Of a stretch of DNA of 64,000 nt, positions 37,762 to 47,849 are shown one piece after another (position 1 is the stretch's first letter; every line of letters begins with the position of its first letter). The notes under the pieces are model-generated. The model was not told the origin of the DNA, made no database searches, and worked only from the letters and a program-made list of their open reading frames with translations. This DNA is from an uncultured Actinomycetes bacterium. GTDB taxonomy: Bacteria; Actinomycetota; Actinomycetes; S36-B12. The translations under genes and the position numbers were made by a program. The stretch is from contig CAWJHN010000003.1 of NCBI GenBank assembly GCA_963842725.1, positions 107,536 to 171,535 of the forward strand. The letters are read 5' to 3'.

Positions 37762-38433
37762 GTGCCCAGCGCCTCGCACGACGTGATCCTCTTCGACCTC
37801 GACGGCACGCTGACCGATTCGGCTCCTGGCATCGTCAACTGCCTGCACTACGCCCTGGCGCGCATGGGCCTGCCCGGCCCCGACGACGCGACCGTGCGAA
37901 CGATGCTCGGGCCGCCGCTCGTGGTCACCTTCCGAGACCGGCTCGGCATGAGCGAGGCGGACGCGAGCCGCGCGATCGGCATCTACCGGGAGCGCTACCA
38001 CGACGTGGGGCTCTTCGAGAACGAGGTGTACGACGGCATTCCAGACCTGCTGCTGGCGCTCGGCCGGACCCCGGCCACCCTTGCTATCGCGACGTCCAAG
38101 CCGACCGTCTCGGCCTCGCGGATCCTCGACCACTTCGGGCTCGCTGACCACTTCGCCTTCATCGCGGGAGCCGAGCTCGACGGGCCCCGTCAGGCCAAGG
38201 CGGACGTCGTGGCGCACGCCCTGGAGGAGCTCGCCGCCCGGGCACGGCTCACGTCCGAGTCCCGCGTCGTCATGGTCGGCGACCGGGAGCACGACGTCAT
38301 CGGGGCACGCGCCCACGGCATCGACTGCATCGGGGTGCTCTGGGGCTACGGAGACGCGGCGGAACTCCGGTCGGCCGGGGCCGCGGCCGTCGTTGCCACC
38401 CCGACCGATCTGGAGTCGGCGCTCATTCGCTGA
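37762..38433 (+). CDS. HAD hydrolase (5'-nucleotidase/phosphoglycolate phosphatase-like)
   Basis: FDLDGTLTDS, ATSKP, MVGDREHD, WGYG. Confidence 0.88.
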   Translation: MPSASHDVILFDLDGTLTDSAPGIVNCLHYALARMGLPGPDDATVRTMLGPPLVVTFRDRLGMSEADASRAIGIYRERYHDVGLFENEVYDGIPDLLLALGRTPATLAIATSKPTVSASRILDHFGLADHFAFIAGAELDGPRQAKADVVAHALEELAARARLTSESRVVMVGDREHDVIGARAHGIDCIGVLWGYGDAAELRSAGAAAVVATPTDLESALIR

Positions 38434-39793
38434 AGATGACGCCGGGGTTCATGATGCCCCGTGGATCCCAGGCTGCCTTGACCGCCCGCATCGCGGCGAT
38501 CTCCTCGGCGGACCGGCACATCGAGAGCTGAGCCGCCTTCGCCCGGCCCACACCGTGCTCTGCGGAGATCGAGCCGCCGTACCGGGCCACGCAGGCCAGC
38601 ACCGCCAGGTCGATCGCGTCGTCCTCGGCCGCCGGGCCGTGGATCTCGACGTGGATATTGCCGTCTGCCAGGTGCCCGAAGACCCCGAAGGCGACCACGT
38701 CGGGGAACACCGCGACGACGGACCGAAGCTCGACCGCGCAGTCCGCAAGAGATGCGAGCGGCACGGAGACGTCGAGCTTGTGCGTCATGCCGAGGGCCGT
38801 GAACGCCTCGCCCTGCGACTCGCGGAAGCGCCAGAGCCGCGACTGCTCCGAGGCGTCGAGCCCCACGACCGCGTCGACGTCGTCGAGGCCCACCAGTCCG
38901 GACGCGTCACCGCCGTCGACCACCTCCAGGAGGGTGACCAGCGGATGGCGACGCTCCAGCGGCCACGCCATCCCGGTCAGCGAGGACGCGAGGTCCATGC
39001 CCTGCTCGTCTATGACCTCGGCGGCGAGCAGGGTCACGCCGGGCGCGACGGCCGAGCGCATCACGTCGAGGGCCTGGTCGTAGGAGGAGCAGCCGATCAG
39101 GGCCACGCTCGAGCGCCCGGCCGGCTGGTGCAGACGAAGCCGTATCGCGGTGATCACGCCGAGCGTCCCCTCCGACCCGCACAGCAGGGCGCCGAGGTCG
39201 TAGCCGGTGTTGTCCTTCAGGAGCCCGGCCAGATGCGAGACGATCCGGCCGTCGGGCAGCACGGCCTCGATCCCCACGACCTGCGCCCTCGTCATGCCGT
39301 AGGCGATCACATGGATGCCGCCCGCGTTGGTGGCCACGGTTCCGCCGATCGTCGCGGAGTCGCGGGCCGCGAGGTCGACGCCGTAGGCCCAGCCGGCCGC
39401 CGCGGCCCGGCGCTGGACATCGCCGAGCGTGGCGCCGGCGCCCGCAGTGAGCTGGCCGGACAGCGGGTCGACGTCGCCGAGCGCGTTCATCCGGCGCGTG
39501 GACACGACGATCGGCAGCCGGTCGCCGCCGGGGGCGGGCACCGATCCGCCTACGAGCCCGGTGTTGCCGCCCTGCGGGACGACCGGAACGCCGGCATCGA
39601 AGCAGGCCCTCAGGACGCCCGCGACCTCGGCGGTGGACGCGGGCCGGACGACGCCGAGCGCGGGACCGGAGAAGCGACCCGACCAGTCGACGACGTACTG
39701 CGCCGTCAGGGCCGGGTCGGTGAGCACATGCGGGGCGCCAACCACCTCGCGCAGGGCATCGAGGACGGCGGTCGCGCTGCCGGTGTCGTTCAC
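38423..39793 (-). CDS. FAD-binding oxidoreductase (D-2-hydroxyacid dehydrogenase, GlcD-like)
   Basis: PQGGNTGLVGG, TNAGG, KDNTGYDL, GSEGTLG, GHLADGNIH, SAEHGVG, MNPG. Confidence 0.9.
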   Translation of the reverse strand: MNDTGSATAVLDALREVVGAPHVLTDPALTAQYVVDWSGRFSGPALGVVRPASTAEVAGVLRACFDAGVPVVPQGGNTGLVGGSVPAPGGDRLPIVVSTRRMNALGDVDPLSGQLTAGAGATLGDVQRRAAAAGWAYGVDLAARDSATIGGTVATNAGGIHVIAYGMTRAQVVGIEAVLPDGRIVSHLAGLLKDNTGYDLGALLCGSEGTLGVITAIRLRLHQPAGRSSVALIGCSSYDQALDVMRSAVAPGVTLLAAEVIDEQGMDLASSLTGMAWPLERRHPLVTLLEVVDGGDASGLVGLDDVDAVVGLDASEQSRLWRFRESQGEAFTALGMTHKLDVSVPLASLADCAVELRSVVAVFPDVVAFGVFGHLADGNIHVEIHGPAAEDDAIDLAVLACVARYGGSISAEHGVGRAKAAQLSMCRSAEEIAAMRAVKAAWDPRGIMNPGVIFSE

Positions 39794-39840
39794 GGGGTTA
39801 TCCTTGCCGAGACACCGCTACGACGTCGAAGGAGGCTGGC

Positions 39841-40422
39841 ATGAGAACCCGACTGCGCACCCTCCTGGCCGTCGGTGCCGCGCTGCTGGTGCTCGGCACG
39901 GCCTCGCCGGCCGGCGCGACCGAGACCCAGCCCGCCAGCGGCACGTTCACGTTCGCCACCGCCAACGGCATCCTGCCGACGTGGACGGCGGAGGACATCG
40001 TCCTGATCGGCGTCAGCCCCGGATCCGTGACGACCGCGGCCTCGAACCTGACGGCTCGGGTCTCCGTCCCCATCATCGCCAAGACCGGCACCGCGAACGC
40101 CGCGGCCGGCGGGTTCCGCCTCTACAACGTCCGGACCGGAGACGGGGTCCGCTGCTCGAACCCGACCATCGACACGAGAGCGCGACTGGTCGACTGCGTG
40201 CTCGCCGACGGCACCAACGCGGCCCTGTTCCAGATCCGGTCGATCGCCTCGCGCTCACGGCTGGCGGGGGCCTCGACGATCACCACGATCTTCCGCGGCG
40301 TCACACTGCGCATCAACGGTCAGGCGATGGCCGACATGCTCAACGAGGAACTCGACACGATGGCGTTCAGCCCGTACGTGACCGTGGGCACCGGGGACCT
40401 CATCGTGACGCGCGCCCGCTGA
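39841..40422 (+). CDS. Secreted hypothetical protein
   Basis: SD aaggagg, signal peptide ending AGA, beta-rich with two Cys. Confidence 0.7.
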   Translation: MRTRLRTLLAVGAALLVLGTASPAGATETQPASGTFTFATANGILPTWTAEDIVLIGVSPGSVTTAASNLTARVSVPIIAKTGTANAAAGGFRLYNVRTGDGVRCSNPTIDTRARLVDCVLADGTNAALFQIRSIASRSRLAGASTITTIFRGVTLRINGQAMADMLNEELDTMAFSPYVTVGTGDLIVTRAR

Positions 40423-40541
40423 CGCACAGACCGCCGGGGCGCCAGGTTTTCCACAGGCGGGAACCGAGGTTTCCCTTCCCCCTCCGCTGGGCATCACGCT
40501 GCTCGTAGCACCCGGTCCTGGGTGCACGAGGGAGATCGATC

Positions 40542-41728
40542 ATGAACGTCAGCACGCCGCGGCGCACCGGCCGCACACTTCCCAGCTTCGCAGTCGTCGC
40601 CGTCATCGGTGCCCTGACGATGCTCCTGACCGCGACGCCGGCCTCGGCCCACGACCTGGTGACCGGCGACGAGGCGACCACCGTCGCTGCCTCGCGCCCG
40701 CGCCCGCGCCGCACACTGCGAGGCCGCGCGCCGTCGCCAGCATTCCGGCCGGCATCGTGGTCACCGGCACCGGCGGCCAGCAGGTCAAGCTGTTCGCCAA
40801 GGGCGAGGCCATCCGGCGCGAGCACCGATCGGGATCGTCCACCGCCACGTTCACCAAGCTGACCCCGGGCACGACGTACACGGTGACGGTAGGCGGCAGG
40901 GAGGTGGCGCGCCTGGCCGCGATCGCACGACCCACCCCCGCCACCAGGCTCGTGGTGCACACCACGGACCAGCCGACCAGCGTGCGCGTCGCCTGGCAGC
41001 ATCGCGCGACCCGGGCCACCGGCGGAACCCGCATCTCGTACGACGTCACCGCCACGAGCGCCACCGCTCCGACGATCACCGCCGCTGTCGTCGGGCAGAC
41101 CTCAGTGACCCTCGCGGGCCTCGATCCGACCGCTCTCTACACCTTCCGGGTCACGCCCCGGAACAGCGCCGGCCGTGGGCGCTCGACGACCGCGTCCATG
41201 ACGCGGACCCTCGCCCAGATCCACGGCACCGGCGCGATCGCCACCACCGTGGACACGCCGCCCGCACCTACTCGCCCAGCCGTGGTCCTGCCGACCCCGG
41301 CGCCGCCAGCGCCCGCACCCGCACCCGCGCCGAGCACCAAGACGATCTACGTCTGCCCGGACGGCTACGCCACCGTCGGCGAGCTCTGCCGGACCACGGC
41401 TGCCTACACCTACGACGTTCGGGCGTACACGTACCACGAGGTCTTCGTGAAGACCGGGCAGACCGTCGACTTCATGCCGTGGGTCCCGGGCGTGTCCACG
41501 CACTGCACCAACGGCGGCACCTACTACGCCACCGGCCCGCAGGGCGAGGGCTGCTACCGCTACGACGCCGTCGGCTACCTCGAGACGGTCAAGGACGCCA
41601 CGCCTGCCGGGTACTCCGACACCGGCACCGACTGGCGCAAGAGGGACGCCGCACCCGCGGGCTACCTCGACGACGGGACGCAGTGGGTGAAGACCGTGGC
41701 CAAGGAGGCGCGGGTGGTCCCGGCCTGA
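40542..41728 (+). CDS. Secreted fibronectin type III domain protein, one frameshift near 40692
   Basis: Signal peptide in frame 40542; FN3 motifs LTPGTTYTVTV and LDPTALYTFRVTPRNSAG in frame 40757; one missing base joins the two frames. Confidence 0.7.
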
Positions 41729-41784
41729 CCAGCGGGCGCACGATCCTCGGCGAGGGGTTCGCTCGCGCGGTGTAGGTTCACGAC

Positions 41785-43446
41785 GTGGTCGTGCCCTGGC
41801 GCCGGGCGAGGGAGCCCCTCGTCGTGCTCGGCATCACGCTGTTCACCGGGCTGCTGTCCGGCTCGGAGCGCTGGGCCGGACTCGACACGCCCGACTCGTC
41901 CTTCTACGCGACCCTGTCGCTCAACGGCGACGAGGTCACGGACCGCTCACCGGAGAACTCGTACTTCTGGACCCGCCTCGGCTACATCGTGCCGGTCCGT
42001 GTCCTGACGTCGCTCACGGGACCGTGGCCCGGTTTCGCGATCTATCGCATGCTGCTCCTGCTCCTGCTCGTCACGGCCTTCTACGTCGCCCTGCGCCGGT
42101 TCACCGGCATCGCGTCCGCGGCGTTCCTGACGACCGTCGCGTCCCTGAGCACGGTGGTGCTCAGCTACCTCGGCAACACGTACCTGACCGGAACCGTCCT
42201 GGCCGGCACCGCGGTCCTGATGGCCTGTGCCCTGTTCGACGGCCGCCGTGCCGCCGCCGTGGCCGGCGTGACCATGGGCTGGCTCGTCATGGTCAACCCG
42301 CCCGGCGTGCTGCTCGCAGGAACGCTGTGGCTCGTCCTGCGCATCCAGGCCCGCACCCGGATCTTGCCGCTGCTCGTCGCGGCGGCCACCACGATCCTGA
42401 CCTTCGTGGCCTTCCTGCTGGTCGGCCGCGTCGTGTTCCCGCGGATGGACTGGCTCGCCTCCTACGTCGACTCGAACGCGCGCCTCGACTACTCCGACTT
42501 CGCGAGCAAGGACGCGGTCTGGCTTCAGGACATCTCCCTGATCGTCCCGGTGGCCGTGCTCGCGGTCGTCCTCGTCGCCTGGCTCACCCACCGCGACAAC
42601 CCGGCCAACCAGAAGGCCTTCGTCATCAGCCTGACGAGTCTCGCCTTCATGCTCGTGTTCTCGCCGATCATGGGGGGCATCCCGCTCGAGGCGCCGATGT
42701 ACCAGGCGATGCTCTGGCCGCCGGCGCTGCTCTCCCTCGCGCTCGCCATGGCGACGGCCCTTCCCGACGAGGCCTGGACGCGTCGTCAGGGCCTCGCCGC
42801 GATCCTCGCCGTCATCGTCGTCATCGCGGCCGGTCACACCGATCTCGGCCTCAGCCTGCTGGCCGGTTGGGTGCTGGCGATCGCCGTGCTCGGCATCCTC
42901 CTGCTGGCGTCCTACAAGGGCACCATCGGTGCCATCGCCGGCGTGGCGCTGCTGCTCGCGGGCGCGCAGGTGCTGCAGAACTCACGCGAGAGCCTCGGCC
43001 TGTACTACCTCAGCCCCTACAGCTGGGCATTCACCAGCAACCCGATCTCCGAGCGCATCCACGCCGCGGTCAACGCGGAGGACTGGGTCCTTGCTCAGAC
43101 GCAGCGCAGCGACCAGATCCTCAGCTGGGTACAGGGCGACTGGGTCAACGGGGACCGCGAGCTCTACGTCGTGGCCGGCATGCAGCTGTGGGGTGAGAAC
43201 CGCATCACGCTTGAGCCGACCCTCACCGAGGCCGACGTGCAGCGGCTCAACGACATCCAGCCGAGCGTGCTCGCGATGTACGGGCAGACGATGGACGCAG
43301 TGCTGGCCTTCTGGTCCAGCATCCCGGCGGCCAACCGGCCCACGCCGCCGGTGTGCTACGACTTCCCATGGGCATCGAACCCGACGAGCGCCTTCGCGAT
43401 CACGCTGGGGCACGCCTGCCTGACGACGCTGACGTGGAGGAGCTAG
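41785..43446 (+). CDS. Polytopic membrane protein, GT-C-like
   Basis: About 13 TM segments, first loop DTPDSSFY, C-terminal soluble domain. Confidence 0.55.
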   Translation: MVVPWRRAREPLVVLGITLFTGLLSGSERWAGLDTPDSSFYATLSLNGDEVTDRSPENSYFWTRLGYIVPVRVLTSLTGPWPGFAIYRMLLLLLLVTAFYVALRRFTGIASAAFLTTVASLSTVVLSYLGNTYLTGTVLAGTAVLMACALFDGRRAAAVAGVTMGWLVMVNPPGVLLAGTLWLVLRIQARTRILPLLVAAATTILTFVAFLLVGRVVFPRMDWLASYVDSNARLDYSDFASKDAVWLQDISLIVPVAVLAVVLVAWLTHRDNPANQKAFVISLTSLAFMLVFSPIMGGIPLEAPMYQAMLWPPALLSLALAMATALPDEAWTRRQGLAAILAVIVVIAAGHTDLGLSLLAGWVLAIAVLGILLLASYKGTIGAIAGVALLLAGAQVLQNSRESLGLYYLSPYSWAFTSNPISERIHAAVNAEDWVLAQTQRSDQILSWVQGDWVNGDRELYVVAGMQLWGENRITLEPTLTEADVQRLNDIQPSVLAMYGQTMDAVLAFWSSIPAANRPTPPVCYDFPWASNPTSAFAITLGHACLTTLTWRS

Positions 43447-45632
43447 TGCGAGGACCGATCCGGCGAACCGCCATCGAGGCGGGCATCAGCGCCGTCATCG
43501 CGTTCGCGGTCTCCCTCATCGTGTTCGGGCCGCTCCTGGCCAGCCTCGACGAGGGCTGGTCCGGCGGCGACATGCTCAGCACGTACGTGAACTCGGTGAA
43601 CTGGGGCGGGTTCTCCTACACGGTGACGACCCAGTTCGGGTTCCCGCTGGGCATGAACCTCAACTACTTCCCGGGCATCGACATCACGGAGAACACGTTC
43701 GCGCTCCTCGTCAACTCGATCGCCGGCACGACCTTCCTGGGCATCAACCTGCTGATCGTGCTGTCGTTCCCGCTCGTCGCCGCCCTGGCGTACCTCGTGA
43801 TGCGCATGACCGGCCTGCAGGGCCCCATCGCCATCGCGCTGGCGATCGCCTTCACGTTCATCCCCTTCCACTGGGGCCGAGCCCTTGGCCACACGTACCT
43901 ATCGACGCTGTACTCGGCTGTCATCGGACTCGCGCTCGTGCTCCTGGTCGGTAGCGGGCAGTTCGAGCGCCTGCTGCACGGGCGCACCCGAAGGCGTCGG
44001 TTGCTGTTCATCGGCGCCGTGGCGGCCATGGTCGTCACCGTCGCCTGGACGGGCGTCTACTACGTGGCGTTCACCCTCATCCTCGGCGGGGCGGCGCTGC
44101 TCTGGCGTTTCGGGCAGCGCGCGTCGTTCCGCACGATCGGCATCGAGGCGATCCCGTTCGCCGGCATCGGCGTCCTGGCCGCGGTGGGGTTCGTGCCCGC
44201 CCTGCTGACGCTGCGGGCCGCCCCGCCGCTGGCCAGCCTCGGCGAGCGCCTGCCCTACGAGTCGGTGACCTTCGCCGGGAACCTCGCGATGGCGCTGCTG
44301 CCGCTCCCGCAGAGCATGGTGCCGGGGCTGGGGTTCTACAACACCGCCGTGGTCGAGGCGATCCAGGCGGCCCCGTTCGGCGAGAGCACGGCGATCACCA
44401 ACCATGGGACCTGGATCACGTCCGCGGCCCTGGTGGTGCTGCTCGTCGCACTGCTCCTGCGCTCGCGACGACCGGCCCCGCCCCCCACGGACGATGTCCG
44501 CGTCAGCCTCGGCCTGATCAGCTACCTGATCGTGGTCGTCGTGCTGTTCTTCGTCCCCTGGGGACTCAACTACCTGGTCGCGGGCACGCTGACGGCCCAG
44601 ATCCGGGCCTGGAACCGACTGCTCCCGTTCCTCCTGCTGCTGTTCCTGCTCGGCGCCGCGGCCGCCCTGGCCCGTACGCGACTGCCCGGCCGCCTGGCGT
44701 ACGCCCTGCCCATCGCCCTGGTCGTCATCGGCGTGACGGCCGTGGACTCGGTCCTGCCCTTCCGGGAGGCGTACGCCGACAGCGTCGCCGAGGGAAGCGA
44801 GCGCACCCGGGCTGCGCGCGAGTACGCCCCCCGGGTGAACGACGCCATCCCCGGGGACTGCGGCGTGCTGCAGCTGCCGTACATGGCCTACCCGGAGTAC
44901 GGCGTCATCGGCGAGGTCAACGACTACGACCACTTCTGGAGCTCCATCACCAACGAAGGCAAGGAGTGGAGCTACGGGGCGGTGAAGAACACGGTCGCGA
45001 GCGTCTGGGCGGCGCAGCTGCCCGAACTGCCCACCGATGCACAGGTCGAACTGCTCCGCGGCGCCGGCTTCTGCGGGCTCCATCTCGACACCCGCGCCTT
45101 CATCTCCGAGCGGCTGCCCGACCTCCGGGCGAACCTGTCCGCCCGATTCGGTCCCCCGGTGGCGACCGGGTACGACGACCAATGGGAGCTGTACGCGCTG
45201 GGCAGCGCACCCGTCAGTCCCGCTTCGGCCGCGGACGCCTTCGTGCACCAGCCGCTCATCACGTCGGACCCCGTAACGGTCGGCTCGCGGGCCACGGAGC
45301 TCGAGCGGGTGTGGTGGTGGACGACCGACAGCATCGCGACCTTCGCCCTGACGCCCACGACCGAGACGTCTCCCGTGACGGCTGTGACCGGACGGCTTCG
45401 GGCCCCCGACTGCGGCGTGGCCCCGGTGACCGTCCGCCTCACGTCGGGCACCGAGGAGGTCACCACCACCGTCATCGCGAGTCCCGAATCGGACGCGCAG
45501 TTCACCCTCGAACTGACGCAGCCCACGTCCACGCCCGCCAACCTGACGATCGAGACTCCCGGCGAAGGGTGCCCGGCCAACGGGGTCGACGGGCAGCACT
45601 ACGTCAAGGTGCTCGATCTCCAGACGTCGTAA
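43446..45632 (+). CDS. Polytopic membrane protein, GT-C/YfhO-like, with C-terminal extracellular domain
   Basis: GGD loop, FGFPLG, IRAWNR, QLPYMAYPE, WSYGAVK, GF.GL.LD motifs. Confidence 0.6.
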   Translation: MRGPIRRTAIEAGISAVIAFAVSLIVFGPLLASLDEGWSGGDMLSTYVNSVNWGGFSYTVTTQFGFPLGMNLNYFPGIDITENTFALLVNSIAGTTFLGINLLIVLSFPLVAALAYLVMRMTGLQGPIAIALAIAFTFIPFHWGRALGHTYLSTLYSAVIGLALVLLVGSGQFERLLHGRTRRRRLLFIGAVAAMVVTVAWTGVYYVAFTLILGGAALLWRFGQRASFRTIGIEAIPFAGIGVLAAVGFVPALLTLRAAPPLASLGERLPYESVTFAGNLAMALLPLPQSMVPGLGFYNTAVVEAIQAAPFGESTAITNHGTWITSAALVVLLVALLLRSRRPAPPPTDDVRVSLGLISYLIVVVVLFFVPWGLNYLVAGTLTAQIRAWNRLLPFLLLLFLLGAAAALARTRLPGRLAYALPIALVVIGVTAVDSVLPFREAYADSVAEGSERTRAAREYAPRVNDAIPGDCGVLQLPYMAYPEYGVIGEVNDYDHFWSSITNEGKEWSYGAVKNTVASVWAAQLPELPTDAQVELLRGAGFCGLHLDTRAFISERLPDLRANLSARFGPPVATGYDDQWELYALGSAPVSPASAADAFVHQPLITSDPVTVGSRATELERVWWWTTDSIATFALTPTTETSPVTAVTGRLRAPDCGVAPVTVRLTSGTEEVTTTVIASPESDAQFTLELTQPTSTPANLTIETPGEGCPANGVDGQHYVKVLDLQTS

Positions 45633-45678
45633 CGCGAACGGCTACCATGGCCGCACGTCATCGTTGCGGAGGTCTCAC

Positions 45679-46947
45679 GTGCGGGTGCTCCACCTCGCAA
45701 GCGTCGACGGTGCCGGCGGAGCGGGGCGCGCCGCCTACCGCCTGCATGAATCCCTCGTCGGCAGCGGCCTCGACTCGCGCATGTGGGTCGATGTCAAGAC
45801 GTCCGGCGACTGGCGGGTCACGTCGTCGGACTCCTTCCTGGCCGGGCTGTCCCTGAAGGCTCGCATCGCCACCGAGCAGATCCCCACGGTGGCCGCCGGC
45901 ATCCGCGGCGGGGAGGTACGGACCTCGGCCCGATTCGGGGGACTGCGGGCCAGGCAGGTCGATGCGAGCTCCGCCGACGTCGTCGACCTGCACTGGACCG
46001 GCTTCGGCTTCCTGACCATCGAGCAGATCGGCCGCATCGGCAAGCCGATGGTGTGGACCATGCACGACATGTGGGCGTTCCTCGGCACGGAGCACTACGC
46101 CGATGACGGCCCCGACGCACCGTGGCGCGGAGGGTACGTCGCGCCACGTGCGGATGGCACGCGTTTCGACATCGAGCGCTGGGCCTGGCGACGCAAATAC
46201 CGGAGCTGGACGACGCCGCACCAGCTGGTCGCCCCCAGCCGGTGGCTGGCGCGCTGCGTCGCAGAGAGCGCCCTGCTCGGCGCCTGGCCGGTCACCGTGA
46301 TCCCCAATCCGCTCGACCTCGGGGCTTTCACGCCGCACGACAAGGGCATGGCCCGACGCCTGCTCGGACTGCCTGCCGAGGTGCCGCTGGTGCTGTTCGG
46401 CGTCATCAGCGGCCTGGCCCAGGACCGCAAGGGCTGGGATCTCCTGCAGGAGGCCCTTGGACGCGTCGCAGCCGCCAACCCCGCCGCTGAGATCGTCGTC
46501 CTCGGGCACACCGAGCCGCGTGAGCCGCTGCCAACCGGCCTGCCACGCGCCCACTGGCTCGGCCAGGTCAACGACGATCTCACCCTGGCGCTGGTCTACA
46601 GCGCCGCCGACGTCGCCGTGGTCCCGTCCCGCATGGACAACCTGCCCCAGTCCGCCACCGAGCCGCAGGCCTGCGGCTGCCCGGTCGTCGCGTTCGACGT
46701 CGGCGGCCTGCCCGACATCGTGGTGCACGACGAGACCGGCTACCTGGCGGCGCCGTTCGACACCTCCGACCTCGCGAACGGCATCATCTCGGTGCTCGAC
46801 GACGCGGACCGGCGACGACGAATGGGCGTGGCGGCCAGGGAGCGCGCCGAGCGGCTGTGGGCGCCATCCGTCGTCGTGCCGCAGTACCTCGACGCCTACC
46901 GGCAGGCGCTGGAGGGTCGGCAGGCACCGTCGAACGGACGTCGATGA
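45679..46947 (+). CDS. Glycosyltransferase family 4 (WcaC-like)
   Basis: GGAGRAAYRLH, VWTMHDMW, RKGWD, SRMDNLPQSATE, GGLPDIV. Confidence 0.88.
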   Translation: MRVLHLASVDGAGGAGRAAYRLHESLVGSGLDSRMWVDVKTSGDWRVTSSDSFLAGLSLKARIATEQIPTVAAGIRGGEVRTSARFGGLRARQVDASSADVVDLHWTGFGFLTIEQIGRIGKPMVWTMHDMWAFLGTEHYADDGPDAPWRGGYVAPRADGTRFDIERWAWRRKYRSWTTPHQLVAPSRWLARCVAESALLGAWPVTVIPNPLDLGAFTPHDKGMARRLLGLPAEVPLVLFGVISGLAQDRKGWDLLQEALGRVAAANPAAEIVVLGHTEPREPLPTGLPRAHWLGQVNDDLTLALVYSAADVAVVPSRMDNLPQSATEPQACGCPVVAFDVGGLPDIVVHDETGYLAAPFDTSDLANGIISVLDDADRRRRMGVAARERAERLWAPSVVVPQYLDAYRQALEGRQAPSNGRR

Positions 46948-47849
46948 GCCGGCCCACCCTGGTCGTGCCGGTGTACCGGGGCGGCGAGCGCTTCCAGCGC
47001 TGCCTGCGATCGCTTGCCGGCAACGAGGAGTTCTTCGCGGGGATCGTGCTGAGCGTCAACGGCCCGTCCGACTCCCTTGACCTCCATGCGGCCCGAGCGT
47101 TCGCGGCCACTTCCCCGGCGAAGGTGCTGATCCTCAACACCGGCCACGAGGTCACCTCGATGGACCACGGTCGGTTCTGGGCGGCCGAGCTGCGTCGGCG
47201 CGGACTCGCTCCCCGCGATCGCGTCCTCTGGCTGGCTCACGACGACGAGCTCCACCGGCCCGGGCTCCTCGCCGCGACCGCCCCCGACCGCGAATGGGCG
47301 CTGGATCCCACGACCACGATCCTCGGCCCCTGGCTGCTGCGGCACGAGGCCGTGGACCGGCTGTACGAGATCCCGGAGGACGAGTCGCTCGAGACCTGGA
47401 CGTGCTTCCCGGGGCACGAGGGCCGAGCGGTCCCCGCGATGCACTGGGTCCGCCAGCAGCTCACGCATCCGACGTACCTCAGCTTCAGCGGTGCCGTGTT
47501 CCCCTTCTCCAGCATGCTGTCGATCATCGACTCCCGCCCGCGAAAGAAGGCGGGCATGCGCATCGAGATGTCGGTGGCGACCGCACCCGGCATGTCCCTC
47601 GTGACCGAGGCCGCCGAGCCGCTGGTCATCGTCTACGGACGTGCGGACTCGGACCGGGCCACGATCCCGGCCGCGCACGCCCGACAGGACGACGCGCACC
47701 TGCTGGCCTGGCTGGCGCGCTACGCCTCTCGCACGCCGGGCGCACGGGCCGAGTTCGGCCGGGCCATGGCAGCGGTGGCCCGGCAGCGACTCGACGCGGT
47801 CACGGGTCGCGCGCCCCTTCCGGCCGAGGACTGGGTGGTCCGGTCGTGA
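46944..47849 (+). CDS. Divergent GT-A/GT2-like glycosyltransferase
   Basis: LVVPVYRG start motif, WLAHDD at the DxD position. Confidence 0.55.
   Translation: MSRPTLVVPVYRGGERFQRCLRSLAGNEEFFAGIVLSVNGPSDSLDLHAARAFAATSPAKVLILNTGHEVTSMDHGRFWAAELRRRGLAPRDRVLWLAHDDELHRPGLLAATAPDREWALDPTTTILGPWLLRHEAVDRLYEIPEDESLETWTCFPGHEGRAVPAMHWVRQQLTHPTYLSFSGAVFPFSSMLSIIDSRPRKKAGMRIEMSVATAPGMSLVTEAAEPLVIVYGRADSDRATIPAAHARQDDAHLLAWLARYASRTPGARAEFGRAMAAVARQRLDAVTGRAPLPAEDWVVRS

Noticed and set aside
40447-40455. DnaA-box-like TTTTCCACA
   Set aside because: Single imperfect copy with no cluster or AT-rich unwinding element.
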